Below, piece by piece: positions 26,187-39,103 of a DNA stretch of 64,000 nucleotides; the first letter of the stretch is position 1; each line of letters starts with the position of its first letter. The notes under the pieces were generated by a model. It did not search any database and was not told the origin of the DNA. It saw only the letters and a program-made list of their open reading frames with translations. Made by a program: the position numbers and the translations under genes. Origin of the DNA: Takakia lepidozioides (Eukaryota; Plantae; Bryophyta); NCBI GenBank assembly GCA_030704615.1, contig CM060734.1, positions 39,370,001 through 39,434,000 on the forward strand. The letters run 5' to 3'.

Positions 26187-29100
26187 CCAGCCAATGTTCA
26201 TCACTTGTTCTAAGTACTATCTCTACAACATCTTCTCGCATTTGCACTCTCTTCTCGTCTGCGTTTGAGGGGCAAGATGTGAATTGAGCGATTCACATCG
26301 TACTCCTCAGTCTGCCCTCTTTTCGTTGAACTTGTTTGTCTCCTTCGTATTGTCTCTCTATGTGTCATCACTCACTTCAATCCCACTACAAAACTAGCGA
26401 TTAGCGAGGGATGCCTACTCATCGTTGGCCTAGAAACCCTCGTGCAGAGCTGTAGTCTTGCCTTGGATGTCAAACATGTACATGAAATAACTGTATGCTG
26501 ACGAGCTGGAGCGATGGGTTTGTCAAGTTAATACTGCTACTACTACGTCCTTGCACTGATTGATCCAGCCACCCTTACTCACCAGGGTGCCGTCGAGTTT
26601 GACGGCATTTTCGGAGATTGGGATGACACTGGAGAGGCGCTGTGATAGGAACGGAAGCATTGTGAACTCGGGGCATAGAGGGATATAAGGGCCTTTGATG
26701 AGCTTTAAGAGATCTGAAAGGGGTCGAGTTTGGTCAAAGGGGACCCTGGACTTCAACTTAGGCAGTCCTTTCCTGTGCACAGCATCCTGGTCCTTTGAGA
26801 GAAGAAGAGTATTTCATCGTCCACGTGGTGGCCATGAACCGGTCCGGCAAGTATAATCAGTAGCGCCTGACTGCTTTTTCAGTATGTGTGCTGCTTATGA
26901 TATTCTAATAGATCAATAGATTTTGACAGTGCCAGTCAGAGGGCATAGTCTGGGTCGATCGGGCTTCTGCTGTGATCGTACCGACCTGCAACTTGGAATG
27001 TATATAACGTTTATCATTTGATGTCTTTGCAGAGTTTGTTTCTGGGCATGAAGGGATCTTGTCCCGCTGGACTGTTTCTTACTGCATGTGCGCTCTACAA
27101 TTCTTCCTTTCGATTTAAAATGGGTGTTCAGGTCTAGCCAGGTAGGTGGAACAGTAAGTGAAGATTGGACTCCGATGTGAGACAATGAAATTTTCTGCCA
27201 AAAAAACTCGTATATGCATTGCACCATCAGACCTACACTTGAAAATGCTGTACCATCCACCTCCAAAGGAATCGACCAACTCTAAAACATAATAGTGTTT
27301 GAATGGATGTCCAACCAAGGATCGTCACAAATTTGGACAACAAAAACTTGGTGTGGATGAGTCTATTGGTTATTAGTAACAAGACTTATAGGCCTTTATA
27401 GTACTTGGCCATTGAAGGTGTCTGAAAAATGAGTGAGAGCGAAACATGTGTACATGAATTAAAAAACATGAAACACATAGACGAATCACCAGAGAGAAGA
27501 CAACACTAATAAGAGCCACTTCCTCTAACTTAGTAAACTAGAGAGGCTAGAATATAGACTTTCCTGCAAGTTATTAGGTCTTACATACTTGAGAAATTAT
27601 AGTATCAAGCATTTAGTACTGGGCGGGGCTTGTGGGTGTTGAATCCGTTGGAATCTTATGAAGTGAGAGTCACAAGGAAGATGAAGAGACAGAACTGTTA
27701 ATGTCAGAGTTGCCTAAGATAGATAGTGGTTATGAGTGTCTAGAATGTAGATAGATAATAGTGTTCTCAAAGAAAAAGAACTGAGCTGACCCATCGGCTT
27801 CTTGTTTGAGGCTGCCAATGATCCTATAATGCAGCTTTGAACCTTACATCTCTAGCTTTTCGAAATATGAACTGCAATAGCAGGTCAGTTTTCTTAAATG
27901 GAACAACCTGGGGGGTAGTTTGCTCCACATGTTGCGGTGAGGACACTTGGGACTTAGGGCCGCGTTCCATGGGCACTCCGAAGCGCCCCCCAACCCCCCC
28001 CCCCCCCGCGCAGGGGGCGCCCCCAGGAAGGAATCGCCCCTTAAAAATGAGAGGGGGTGGTTCCATGGACAGGTTTCCATTCACCCCTCTAGAAATCTTT
28101 GGCACCAATTGCTCTAGGCCCATGACATAATAATTGACAATTAATATAGGTTTTGGATGGAAATGTCAAAAATCATTCCCTCTCCTAAAATCTAACTTAC
28201 TTTGGATGGACATCAATGGTAATATGTAGAGCAGTTTCATTCGGCCCGGTTAATTCTCGAGTGGTCCAGGAATTAGCGTGGTCCAGGAGTTAAAAGAGGG
28301 GCCAATGTATTAAGGCCACTTGTATTATTTAATGAAATGACAGGGTCCAAAAATCAAGGAGTGACTTTCTAGCGTGGGCTTTCTAGATAGTTCTAGTTCT
28401 AGTTGTAGTCGACTTTCTCCATAGTTCCAGTTTCTAGATACTTCTACTAATATGTCGATCCGGTGAGAAGCAACTGACTAGTTGCTTGTAACTTGTGTCT
28501 TCAACATGCTGGCACATGCACTAGTAGCGTGTCTCACTAGTGGTTTGAGAGCCAGAGCCAGCGTGAGTAGTTGTTTGCTATGTTGGGGGTCGGGCCAAGT
28601 ATAGCAGGTAGGATCAAAGTGGCTGCAAGAGGGAAAGACAAGGCGGCGGAGGGTGCAGAGAAGTTCATAGAGGCAAGTGTTACTATCGGTCCCCTTTATT
28701 CCACTTGATTTAGTGACACTCACCATGCATTTTAGTGACTGGTGGCTTCCTGTATAGCAACCTACAGTAAGTTGACTCTCGGTTCTCATTTCTACAACTC
28801 TTGCATTACCCACTATTCAAACTTTCTATACTTTATTAATAAAGTTTGACGCTCGACCATCCAACAATTAAAAGAAATCTCAATATGTAAATATGCGGGC
28901 CCAGCTGTAGGAAAAGACAAAGGTGTAAGTTAGGGGCGCCGTGAAATCGCCTCACCAGCAACAAAAACTATCCTAGTCTTCCCGCTCTCTCCTAGCTTCT
29001 TCCTTGGATGGTGTCCGTCATCCTTAAACGTCTGATCCTTCTCTCATGTTTGCAGGGCGTGACTGCCTTCATTGGTTTTGTCTCTCTCAATTCATTGTTA

Positions 29101-29579
29101 GCCATGGACTCTCTGTTCACATGGCCACATGTGTAATCATCAGTTGTGGCGCCGTCTTTGCTTCCTTCATCAATTCTCAGTGCTTAGCTGCATGCCACCC
29201 ACTTCAATGCTCTACTGCTAGTTGGCTAGCACCCGCCCCAGCCACCGTTCTCTTTCCTTGCTTTTCCTAGGTTTCACGCACTCCTTCATCTCCTTCTCTC
29301 TCTTCTTCCCTCGTTCCATCTTCTCTGCCTTGGCTATTCTTTTCTCCTCTTCTCAGGCCTTCGTCTCCCCTTTTCTCTTCCTCCAGGGATCCATATGTCA
29401 ATGCCATCCTTGAAGGCCCTCCAAGGAACAATCCGTATCGCTAGAACCACCAATTCTGTGACCACAAGTGTAGTTGGGCAAGCAGCAGGCACACTAGCCA
29501 GGGGGTGTTGGGCAATGCTCCAATCTCATCTTCTTCTCCTAGTAGGCAAGTGGAGGTATGGAGCGAAGTGGCGGCGGTC

Positions 29580-30250
29580 TTATCAGAGGGACAACCCACG
29601 TTACAGCTAGACATGGATTTGATAAAACATCACTCTAAGCTGATCTTTGACAAGGCCCGAATCTTACTCCACTTTCCGGAAGAGTGAGGGACCGCCACTG
29701 GGCTAGAATGTGGACCATTGAGCACTTGGGTGCTGACAGTGGCCTCACCCCACACTTCTGTCACCCCCTTGGAAAGGGCTTCTTCTCCATAATATTCAAT
29801 TCTCCCGAGTTCGCCAAGAAAGCTCTGAGATTCAATATTTGCAAGTCCAGATACCGGGTTCACATTTTTCCTTGGTCTGCTAATTGGGGGCATAAGCTGG
29901 GGGTTACTTGTAAACCCAGAGTGCTTGCTATGTTGTATCTGCCTCGCAACTATCTCCGCTCCTTGCCAGAGATTGGTGCCCACTTCGGAGCATTCATTGG
30001 CACCATGAACATCAACGATTTTGAAGAAGGAGATCTGCTCAACATCGATTCTCATGCTCATTTTGATGCTTCTTGGGACTCTGGAATTCCCAAAACCGTT
30101 GTCTGGATGCTAAGTTCTCTGCAATTGGGGATTCTCTAAAACTGCCAACATCAGACAACCCATTTATCACAGTGGCTGTGGTTAAAGAGTGCTAGAGTAT
30201 CATTTGTCACCTATGCCATAAAGAAGAACACGTTAAAGCTGACTACCCAT
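29580..30250 (+). pseudogene. L1-like LINE ORF1 remnant (DUF4283-like region plus zinc knuckle)
   Basis: PLGKGFFSIIFNSPEFAKKAL...VHIFPWS, then a degenerate CHLCHKEEHVKADYP at ~30205-30250. Contains stops and frameshifts. Confidence 0.6.
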
Positions 30251-30410
30251 TAAGCAAGGCTTCTGAGGCCCCTAACTCTCTCCCCCCTTCTATGCCGTCT
30301 ATACATGCTAACTTGGCATATTTGGCAGCTTAGGATCGAAGGCCATCCTCACGGCCACGTGGCCGAGATATTGTTTCTCCTCGCGATCTTCCCCCCAACA
30401 AGACCAACAT

Positions 30411-33400
30411 ATGTCTCCCATGCTAGCAGCCTTTTGGGAAGGGTTGTTGGCGCAGTTTGGCGGGACATTGAAAGACGTGTTGAGGGCGGCTGATGCCACT
30501 TCCACTAATGCAAAGTTTCAGGTGAAGCCTAAGGAACCCGACACCTTCGAGGGCATCCGAAATCGAAAGGCACTCAACACCTGGCTCTTGGAGCTAGAGC
30601 AGTACTAACGGGCGGCCAAGTTGAGTGACGAGGACCGGGTAGAAATGGCTCCCACCTATTTGAGGGGCTATGCTCAACAATGGTGGCAGAAACGCCTTCA
30701 TGACCAAGGTCCAAACCCAGAAACCTTGAGCTGGAGTGGGTTCAAGGAACTTATGAAAAGACAGTTTGTGCCCCTCAACGCGTTCTGGCTCGCCCGGGAC
30801 AAGATGAGGAATTTGAAGCAAACGGATGACATTCGGGGATATGTTCAGGCTTTCAATGTATTGTTGTTCGAAATCGCGGGTATGGCAGAACCAGAAATGG
30901 CGGGAGGGTGATTCCTTCCGACCAAAAAAGAAGTGGGATAGGCCACGCGGCGACAATGGCACATGGAAATCGAAGGGAGGGCCTTCACACGTCAAGGCCG
31001 CACCCAGTGCTCCGAAAGGAAAATCAGGTGCGGTGGCTTATGGCGGACAGAAGACGATCTTCGATGGAGTGTGTTTTACTTGTGGGGAGCCCAGGCACAT
31101 GGCCAAGAAGTGCGCAAAACCCCGACAACTGAACATGACTCGGGCGACCACGGAGCTGTCCGAAGATTCCATCAGCCGCTTGGTAGAAGCGGTGGTTGCA
31201 AAGACTTGCAAGGTAGGCAACTACTCTTGTGAGTTGTATCAGGAGACTGGCCCTTTGCGTAAAGAGAATCAGTTAATGTTCATGAGTGGGATAATTTCCG
31301 GAACTAACGTGTCGTTGTCGGTGGACACATGAGCGTCGTACTCCTTCATGACACCGGCAACGGCACGGAAGTTGGGGCTCCCGACAAGTGATGTGGGGGC
31401 CTTTATTGAAGTGCATTCTGCCAAAAGAGAACCACAACTGGCGACAAGGTTGGCGTTCGATGTTCCTCTTCAACTGGGGAGTTGGGAGGGATGTGAGAAC
31501 TTCACCATTTGCGATATCGATGGAGTGGATCTCATTTTGGGGATGACCTTTTTGAGCAAATCCGAAGCGGTCATAGATGGCCACAAGAGAGTAGTCACGC
31601 TACCGTGTGGGGATGGTGGCGAAGTTTTACGGGTGTCGGAAATGCCCAACCGAGTGGGAGGTATAAACTTGCTGACAGCAAAGGAGTGGGCAGTGGAGGA
31701 GCCACACGAGCCCCAGTTTTTGCTTTACATAAGACAAGTGGAAAGAGAAGTTGATAGGGAGCCTAATCCAGATTGGATCAAGGGGATCCTGGAGAAATAT
31801 CAAGATGTGATGTCGGAGGATTTACCAAGCGGCTTGCCACCGCGAAGAGGAGTCGACCACAAGATAGAGGTGATACCAGGATCGGAGCCGCCTGCCAACG
31901 CACCCTACCGGTTGAGCCACAGAGAGTTGGTCGAGCTGAAGGCCTAGCTCAAGGATCTAATGTCAAAGGGGTACATCTGGTCGAGTAAGTCAGCCTACGG
32001 AGCCCCGGTGCTATTCGCAAACAAGAAGGCTGGGACGCTACGGATGTGTGTCGATTACAGGGCTCTGAATAAGATGACTATAAAAAACCGGTACCCTTTG
32101 CTAAGGATCGATGACCTCTTCGATCGGTTGGCAGGAGCAAAGTATTTCAGTTGGATCGATTTGCGCTCAGGTTACCATCAAATCCGAGTGGCGGAAGGAG
32201 ATGAGGAGAAGACCGTGTGCAGGACAAGATATGATTCATATGAATTCTTGGTGATGCTTTTTGGGCTCACCAATGCACCCGCGACCTTTAGCACGCTAAT
32301 GAACAGTCTTTTCCAGGAGTGGTTGGATGACTTTGTGATCGTATACATCGACGACATCTTGGTGTACTCGAAAACAAAGGAAGAGCACCTGGAGCATCTC
32401 AAAAGGCTGTTCCAGAAAATTGCGGGAAGGGAAGCTGTATGCCAAAGCTTCAAAGTGCGAATTCGGGGTCACAAAAGTGGAGTTCCTAGGGCATGTGATT
32501 ACACAAGGATGAGATCAAAATGGATGACAGAAAGGTGAGGCGATCTTGGACTGGGAGCCTCCGACTTCGGTCCCGGGAGTGCGATCCTTCCTAGGACTCG
32601 CCTCCTATTACCAAAAGTATGTGAGAAATTTCGCCAAGATCGCGGGGCCGCTGTCGGATCTTTTGTGTAAGTCCAAGGTATGGGTATGGAACACCTTTTG
32701 TGGCCAAGCTTTTGTCGAGTTGAAGCAGCGGATGGCGGAAGCTCCAATCCTGAAAATCCTGGAGTTTGACCGTCCATTTGAGATTCATACAGATGCGTCG
32801 GACTTCACAATTGGGGGTGTACTCATGCAAGACGGACGTCCAGTGGCTTACAAAAGTAAGAAACTAAATGAAGTGGAGCGACGGTGGCCTACGCACGAGA
32901 AAAAAATGAAGGCGGTGGTGCATTGCCTTGAGTTTTGGCGCCACTATGTTGGTTCCAACCCGGTGAAGGTGTTCCAGACAATGTCACGGTGAAGTATTTT
33001 GCCACACAGCCTAAGTTGTCCCCAAAACAACTTAGGTGGCAAGACACTTTGGCAATGTTCGATGTGGATATCCAGTACAAACCGGGACGGGACAATGTGG
33101 TGGCCGATGCTTTAAGTAGAAAGCAGCAGCTCATGTTAGTATACAGGGGTGAGACGGCGCTCCAAAGGAAGATCCGGAAGGCTTACCGAAAAGATGAGAT
33201 GGCGAAGACCGTGATGCGGGACTTGAAGTTGGGGGTTAAATCGCAGTTCCACTTGCACAATGGACTGCTCCGGTACAAGCAAAAACGTCTCTACGTGCCG
33301 AAGGAAGGGATCAGAGATAGTCTCTTGAGAGAATGCCACAATGGCCCGCTTGCGGGCCACGGCGGAGCCAAGCGCACCACGGCACTCTTGAAGGAAAAGT

Positions 33401-34557
33401 ATTTCTGGCCCAAACTGAGGGAGGAGGCCGAGGAGTATCTCAAGACATGCACCACATACCAACAAAACCGAAGCGAGTACAAAAAGCAAGCTGGGCTGTT
33501 ACAACCCTTGCCGATTCCAGAGGAGTCTTGGGAAAGTGTCTCGATGGATTTCATGACTGCTATGTCGTTGTCAAAAGGATTCGATGTAATCATGGTGGTG
33601 GTGGACATGTTCAGTAAAATGGGTCATTTCATTCCCACCTAGGAGACGGCAACAGCGCAGGAGACGGGGCAACTTTACTTCGCCCACGTCTTCAAGCATC
33701 ATGGACTTCCGAAGGATATTGTCTCGGACCGCGATCCAAAGTTTACAAGTAAATTTTGAAGGGCACTTTGGAAGAAAATGGGGACGAGGCTCAAGATGAG
33801 CATGGCCTTCCGACCTACAATGGACGGCCAAACGGAAAGAGTGAATTCCGTGGTGAAGCAGATCTTGCGAATTATGTGTCGGCAGACCAGTCAGACTGGG
33901 TGGAGCACTTGGATGCAACAGAGTTCTGTTATAATAACACAAAACACTCCGCAACGGGAGTTTCTCCTTTTGTGTTGGTCTATGGAAAAACACCTCTAGT
34001 GCCGACATGTTGGGCCGCCCAGGACGTTGAGGAACCGGCAGCAGCAGCGGTGCTGGAAGAACGCGAGCGTTTGTTGGAACTCGCAAAGTACAACATTGCC
34101 AAAGCTAGGAAACGGTATGAACGACAGGCAAATCGGAAGCGGAGGGAAGTTAAGTTTGAGGCAGGCACGGAGGTCTGGTTGAACATCAAGAATTTTCGAC
34201 TACCTCCAGAAGTGAGTCTGAAGTTCGTACCTCTGTATGCGGGGCCCTTTCGCATCCGGAAGATTATGAATGAGGATGTGTATGAATTGGAGCTGCCGGC
34301 AGTGATGCGTCCGCCACCGGTGCTGTTGGATCATGAAAATGAGTACGGGGTGGAGGCAGTGCTTAAGTCGAGGAGGTTCAAGAATCGAGAAACGGGGTAT
34401 CTTGTGAAATGGAAGGGCTATCATCAAGTGGAAGCAACTTGGGTGCGTGCCTCAGAAATGGGAAACGCATCCGAGGTGGTTGCAGCTTTCGAAGGGCGAC
34501 CTCAAAAGCGGAAGAAGCGTTGATGGGGACATCAACCTTGGATCGTGGGGGAGGAAA
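30411..34557 (+). mobile_element. Degenerate chromoviral Ty3/gypsy internal region (gag-PR-RT-RH-INT-chromodomain); 5' LTR not found
   Basis: gag knuckle [54 protein letters not shown] and chromodomain YGVEAVL..YLVKWKGY..ATW. PPT GGGGGAGGAAA at 34547-34557. Confidence 0.93.
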
Positions 34558-35129
34558 TGCATGCTTAGTCCGGCTTAGCTAGCTCAGGAATCCGATTGCA
34601 AAAACTTGTGACGCACAAATTTTGTTTATAAATGAAATGGTTTTCAAATGTTGTGCTTCCTATTTTGGAATGGTGATGCATGGTATGGTGGGCTAGTGTA
34701 TAGAATGCATGCTAGCTTACAAAAGTGGGAGAGGTAAATTGGATTAATCGTGTGTTTGCGCAGTGCCGAAATCGGGTGACTCATATCCAAGGGACAAGGA
34801 AACTTGCGCCTTCTTTGAGAGTTCACGTGCTAGTGCGCACCTGGCGCGTGTGCATACTATAACTGCGCTACCAAGGGGGTTGTCTTGTAGTGCAGACTAA
34901 CGCGGAAGTTACGTGCTTCCGTTCACGTACTATAATCGTGTAACCTCGGGACGAAGTCGTAATGCGGCTTCGGCGTGTTCCCGTACCTCAGGCCAGCATT
35001 CCAAGTCGGACCCAATTATAGTGATTGGGGCACACGGTTGGTTCAAGGTTATCTTCCTAGTAAAAAAGGGGTTCAAGGTGAACCCTTGCTCAAGGTGATA
35101 CCAAAAAGCGGCATCATGAGCGGTTGCAA
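34558..35129 (+). repeat. Probable 3' LTR of the chromovirus (right end uncertain)
   Basis: TG immediately follows the PPT. There is no partner LTR in the window to fix the end. Confidence 0.45.
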
Positions 35130-35236
35130 GCAATGTTGTTGCAGTAAGGCGATTCGATCCTCGGGGAGGATCGTTCCTTGGCCTTGAAGTGGGCCAAGAA
35201 GAGTGCACTAGGTGGAGCTGGAGAAGGGGCAAACAG

Positions 35237-35450
35237 GGACTCAAGAGCTAGAATCGGGGCATGAAGGTGTGCATGATGGTGGGACAACCGCGATCGCAAG
35301 GTGTGGCTTTTTCTCAATGTACAATGACGAGCGGAGCTAGTGGGATAGGGGGCAGATATGGACTCAAGAGCTAGAATCGGGGCATGAAGGCGTGCACGAT
35401 GGTGGGACAACCGCGATCGCAAGGTGTGGCTTTTCTCAATGTACAATGAC
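35237..35450. repeat. ~90-bp direct duplication (35237-35328 and 35361-35450)
   Basis: ggactcaagagctagaatcggggcatgaagg...ctcaatgtacaatgac occurs twice. Confidence 0.85.
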
Positions 35451-35856
35451 AAGCGGTTAATTTGCCACTGTGACATGTCAGCGAACAGGTGGACCCGGAC
35501 GTGAGTGGTTCGAACCACTGTCCTTAACCACTGATGCCACGTAATGTCTTTTACCACTCACTTATCCTAATCCATTGGTTCTTCATCACTCCGGGGCCAG
35601 AGTGGTTTAGTGTCTTTTACCACTCAAAATGAGTGGTTAAACATCCTAGTTATCATTCCTGACGTGACGTGGTGCTGACACGTCGGCCGTCACGTCCGAC
35701 GTGCGTCACGTCACGTCCAATCCGGACGTTTACCCATGTAATTTTTTTTACATTTGACTTTTACGATTTACTTTTACCCTTTGTAATGACATGGCAGCCA
35801 TGGTGTAAAACAAACGTGGCCAATTATTAATATTTATTAATTCTTTTAAAAAAATG

Positions 35857-36090
35857 TGTCCGCCTATATTGGCGGTCGCATATAATTTATTATTTTTAAT
35901 AAAAACGACCGCCCATATTGGCGGTCGCTTGTAATTTGATATTTTATTAGATTAAGCGACCGCCAGTATTGGCGGTCGCGGTAATTTATTTATTTTTAAA
36001 TGAAGCGACCGCCCATATTGGCGGTCGCTTGTATTTTATTACATTTTAAAACTACAAGCGACCGCCTACATTGGCCATGTGGCGGTCACT
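35857..36090. repeat. Array of five GC hairpins (GCGACCGCC-n6-GGCGGTCGC) at ~50-bp period with AT-rich spacers
   Basis: Copies start near 35857, 35905, 35956, 36005 and 36058. Confidence 0.85.
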
Positions 36091-36705
36091 CTTCTTGTTT
36101 TTATAAATATAACGTGTTTTTTTTTTTTCTTAGAAATCCAGGGACCCGCCGTGTGGCGTTTTGTTTTTAATTTTCAATCATGAAGCGGCGCCTCGGCCAG
36201 CCACGTGGCGAAGTGCCACGGGTCAGGAAAAATGAAACAAATGGGATGGGGGGAGGTGGTTTTGAACCCTTGACCTCTCCCATGTGGGTGCGCATGGCGA
36301 GGTGCGACTGGCTAGTCGCGCCTTTTCAAGCATAATGCCATTTTTTATTTTTTTTGGGGGGGGGGCCTGGTGGGCGCCTATATAAACCATTCCCCCCTCT
36401 TTTTCTGATCACTTTTACCCCTCTTGTGGTGCGGTTCTTTGGCATCATGTAGTCCTTTCAGACTTCATTGCTTGGCACTGCCAACGGGAGATGCAAAGGT
36501 GATTATTTGGGGGGGGAGGTTTTGTCGGTTTTCTATTGGTCAGTCCCACACACTTGTTCACGGTACAATCATCGTATCACCATTTTGCCGTTTCCGGATC
36601 TCCGGCGGCCTGTTTTTTTTGTAGAAAGCTACGAAGACATCATCCACACGCGTTCATTGCCGATTTTTTAGGTTTTGGACCCTGTAGTGGGCAAAGGTTT
36701 ATACA

Positions 36706-38157
36706 ATGTCGGGGGTTGTGAATTCAAGTTTTGGGGCGGGGTCGTCTGGGGGGCGGAGGAAGAGAAAACGTGCCCACGAGCGGGATAGCCAGGTCAACAA
36801 GCCAGACTACTCGGGACCGGATGCCTTGGATAGGGTGAAAGAAGTGGTAGTGGATTATTTCAAGGGTAGGGACATGATGAGGCTTGAGAGTGCTTATGTT
36901 AGGCATGGATGGGAGGGGTTTCAGATTTTTCAGCAAAATATGGAGAGGAAAATGACAAACGTTTTGGCGGGGGTTAAGTGGACGACGGACAGGGACAAAC
37001 CGAAGTTCAATAGGTGGATCAAAAGCAAGGCAAAAGACGCCACGTGGAATTTGAGGCAGCTAATGAAGACATGGAAGGGTAGAACAACCGAGGGTCGAGT
37101 TCCCTCCGCCGAAGCTGAGTTAATGCGGTGTTGCTCGGCAAGTCAGAATTCACATCGCCGGACTAAGGTTGTCTCTTGGAAGGCGGGGTCATCGGGCAGG
37201 GGAGGCACAACTGGTCTTTATTACCTGAACTCTGGTGCGAAGGTGGTAGAGATTGGCCCTTACAAAGAAGGAGGGTATGCTAAGGTCCGTCACTGTAGGA
37301 TTATTGGCGATTCTAGAATACCGGAGCGTTGGGAGCTAGAGGGAAAAAAACCCAAGTCCAAAAATTCAGAAAAGACGTTGAGACAACATAACGACGAGTG
37401 TTTGGCAGTGAAGTTCCAACATCTGGGTGTTATCTTGTATTTTGTTGTGAATGCACGTGAGGTAGAGGGTTACACTCGCTGGTAGAATGGGGGGACAATA
37501 CGCAACATGATGAACCTTGACAGAAAATGGGGCAACGATTCGGACAACAGGGTGATTTTGGAACAAAGGGGAACGGAAGCAAAGTTCCAGGAATGCGATC
37601 GCTTGCTTCGTTTCCGGAAAGTGCGCAGTAAACTTCATGGGCATTGGTGTGCATCATGGATGCCGTCCACAAGAACGGTGTCCTACACAACGACTTGTCC
37701 CCCGACAACATCTTGTTGCATTTTCCAGATGGCACCGAGGAGATCAAGATTGGGGTATGTGATTGGGGCTTAGCCACCCCATTGGGCATACGCAAAGCCT
37801 CGCCGTACCAGTTTGAAAACCAAGACAAGCTAGACCGGGAACTCGCGAAAAGATGGTGGGTGGAAAAAGATATTGCATCGGTTTTCAATGCGAATATCTC
37901 TCTCCCCCCCCCCCCCACAAGACATGACGTCGGAGGCCTTTACCGTTGGGAAGATAGCGGTACGAATAAATGGTGAGGCTCATTATGATCAAAGTATGTT
38001 CCAGGACCAATTTACGAGAGGTTGTTGGCATTCAATGCTACAAAAATTGTACGACAACAACAAGAACGAGAGAGTCACATTAGCCCATGTAGTACTTCGG
38101 TTCATGGGCAAGCCATTCAATTGGCTTGAGCCGAAAGACGTATATAGGACGGAGTAG
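36706..38157 (+). pseudogene. Intronless divergent Ser/Thr protein kinase pseudogene
   Basis: G-loop EGGYAKV, Lys in GKKPK, catalytic HNDLSPDNILL and DWG in place of DFG. Lesions: TAG at 37483-37485 and frameshifts near 37637 and in the poly-C at ~37903-37916. TATATAAA at ~36379. Confidence 0.8.
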
Positions 38158-39103
38158 ACCATAGTCTCGTAGATATGATGTCGTGCGCATACACATCGCT
38201 GTCCAACTACATCGCTGTCCAAAACCACACAACACATGTGCACACCACATACTAGTATACCACTAGTCCACCACTAGTCCACCCACTAGTCCAACCACTA
38301 GGCTGCCACTAGTCAGTTGCTAGGCTGCCCACTATGGCAATCACTAGTCAACCACAATAGATAAAGAAAAAGAATACAAGCACAAGCTCATGCGAGCTCA
38401 CAAAGCTGAAGCATAAACTCATGCATATATAAACTCATCACTCAAATACAAGTCAAGCCAAGTGCACCCCACGCCATGGGGAATCCACACTACGGCGCCA
38501 TAGCTAGGCGCGGTGAGGCTCAACTCGATGAAGATGAGCCTTCCGCGTTTGCCGTGAAGATAACCACTCCAGGGCCTAAATCTGCCTTGACCAGTGGATT
38601 AACACTTGGGCCAATCCCAAATATCAATATGTAAAAGCTAGCTATTTTCTAGCTAGTTTCACACTAGTGGTGAAATAACTTGACAGCTGTCGTGCGCATA
38701 CATATCGCTACACAACTACATCGCTGTCCAAAACCACACAACACATGTGCACACCACACACTAGTATACCACTAGTCCACCACTAGTCCAACCACTAGGC
38801 TGTCACTAGTCAGTCGCTAGGCTGCCCACTATGGCAGTCACTAGTCGCCCCCCTAGCTGGTGCTTAGGTCCCTCTAAGTCCAGGTAGCCACAAGATGTGA
38901 TAGTGACCGTAGCCTCACTAAGTCCTCCACCACTGTCCCTACTACACTCAAACTCGATAGATCAAGAGGCCGGGTGCAAGAGTTGCCCCATCGTTAGTCG
39001 CCGTCTTGCAACCTGTGAACTTGAACCTGGGATCTCGTGTATTGACTCCTATGAGCTTGGCCTCCTATGTCTTGTTAGCTGCCTCTAGTCATGTCCACTA
39101 CCA

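Noticed and set aside
28225-28866. Possible solo LTR (TG...CA, TTCTAG repeats, AATAAA)
   Set aside because: No TSD and no match to the LTR at 34558, so the boundaries cannot be supported.
35857-36090. CRISPR-like repeat-spacer appearance
   Set aside because: The context is eukaryotic, the spacers are low-complexity AT runs similar to one another, the repeats vary, and there are no cas genes.
36248-36322. tRNA-like segment on the minus strand (GAGGTCAAGGGTTCAAAACC)
   Set aside because: Only a T-arm/B-box resemblance; I could not build a cloverleaf or find a clear A box.
38179-38685. Reading A+B as an ordinary 3' LTR or an independent solo LTR
   Set aside because: It has no TSD of its own and no PPT next to it, and the far end carries only B. 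The TSD brackets the whole 38179-46964 unit.
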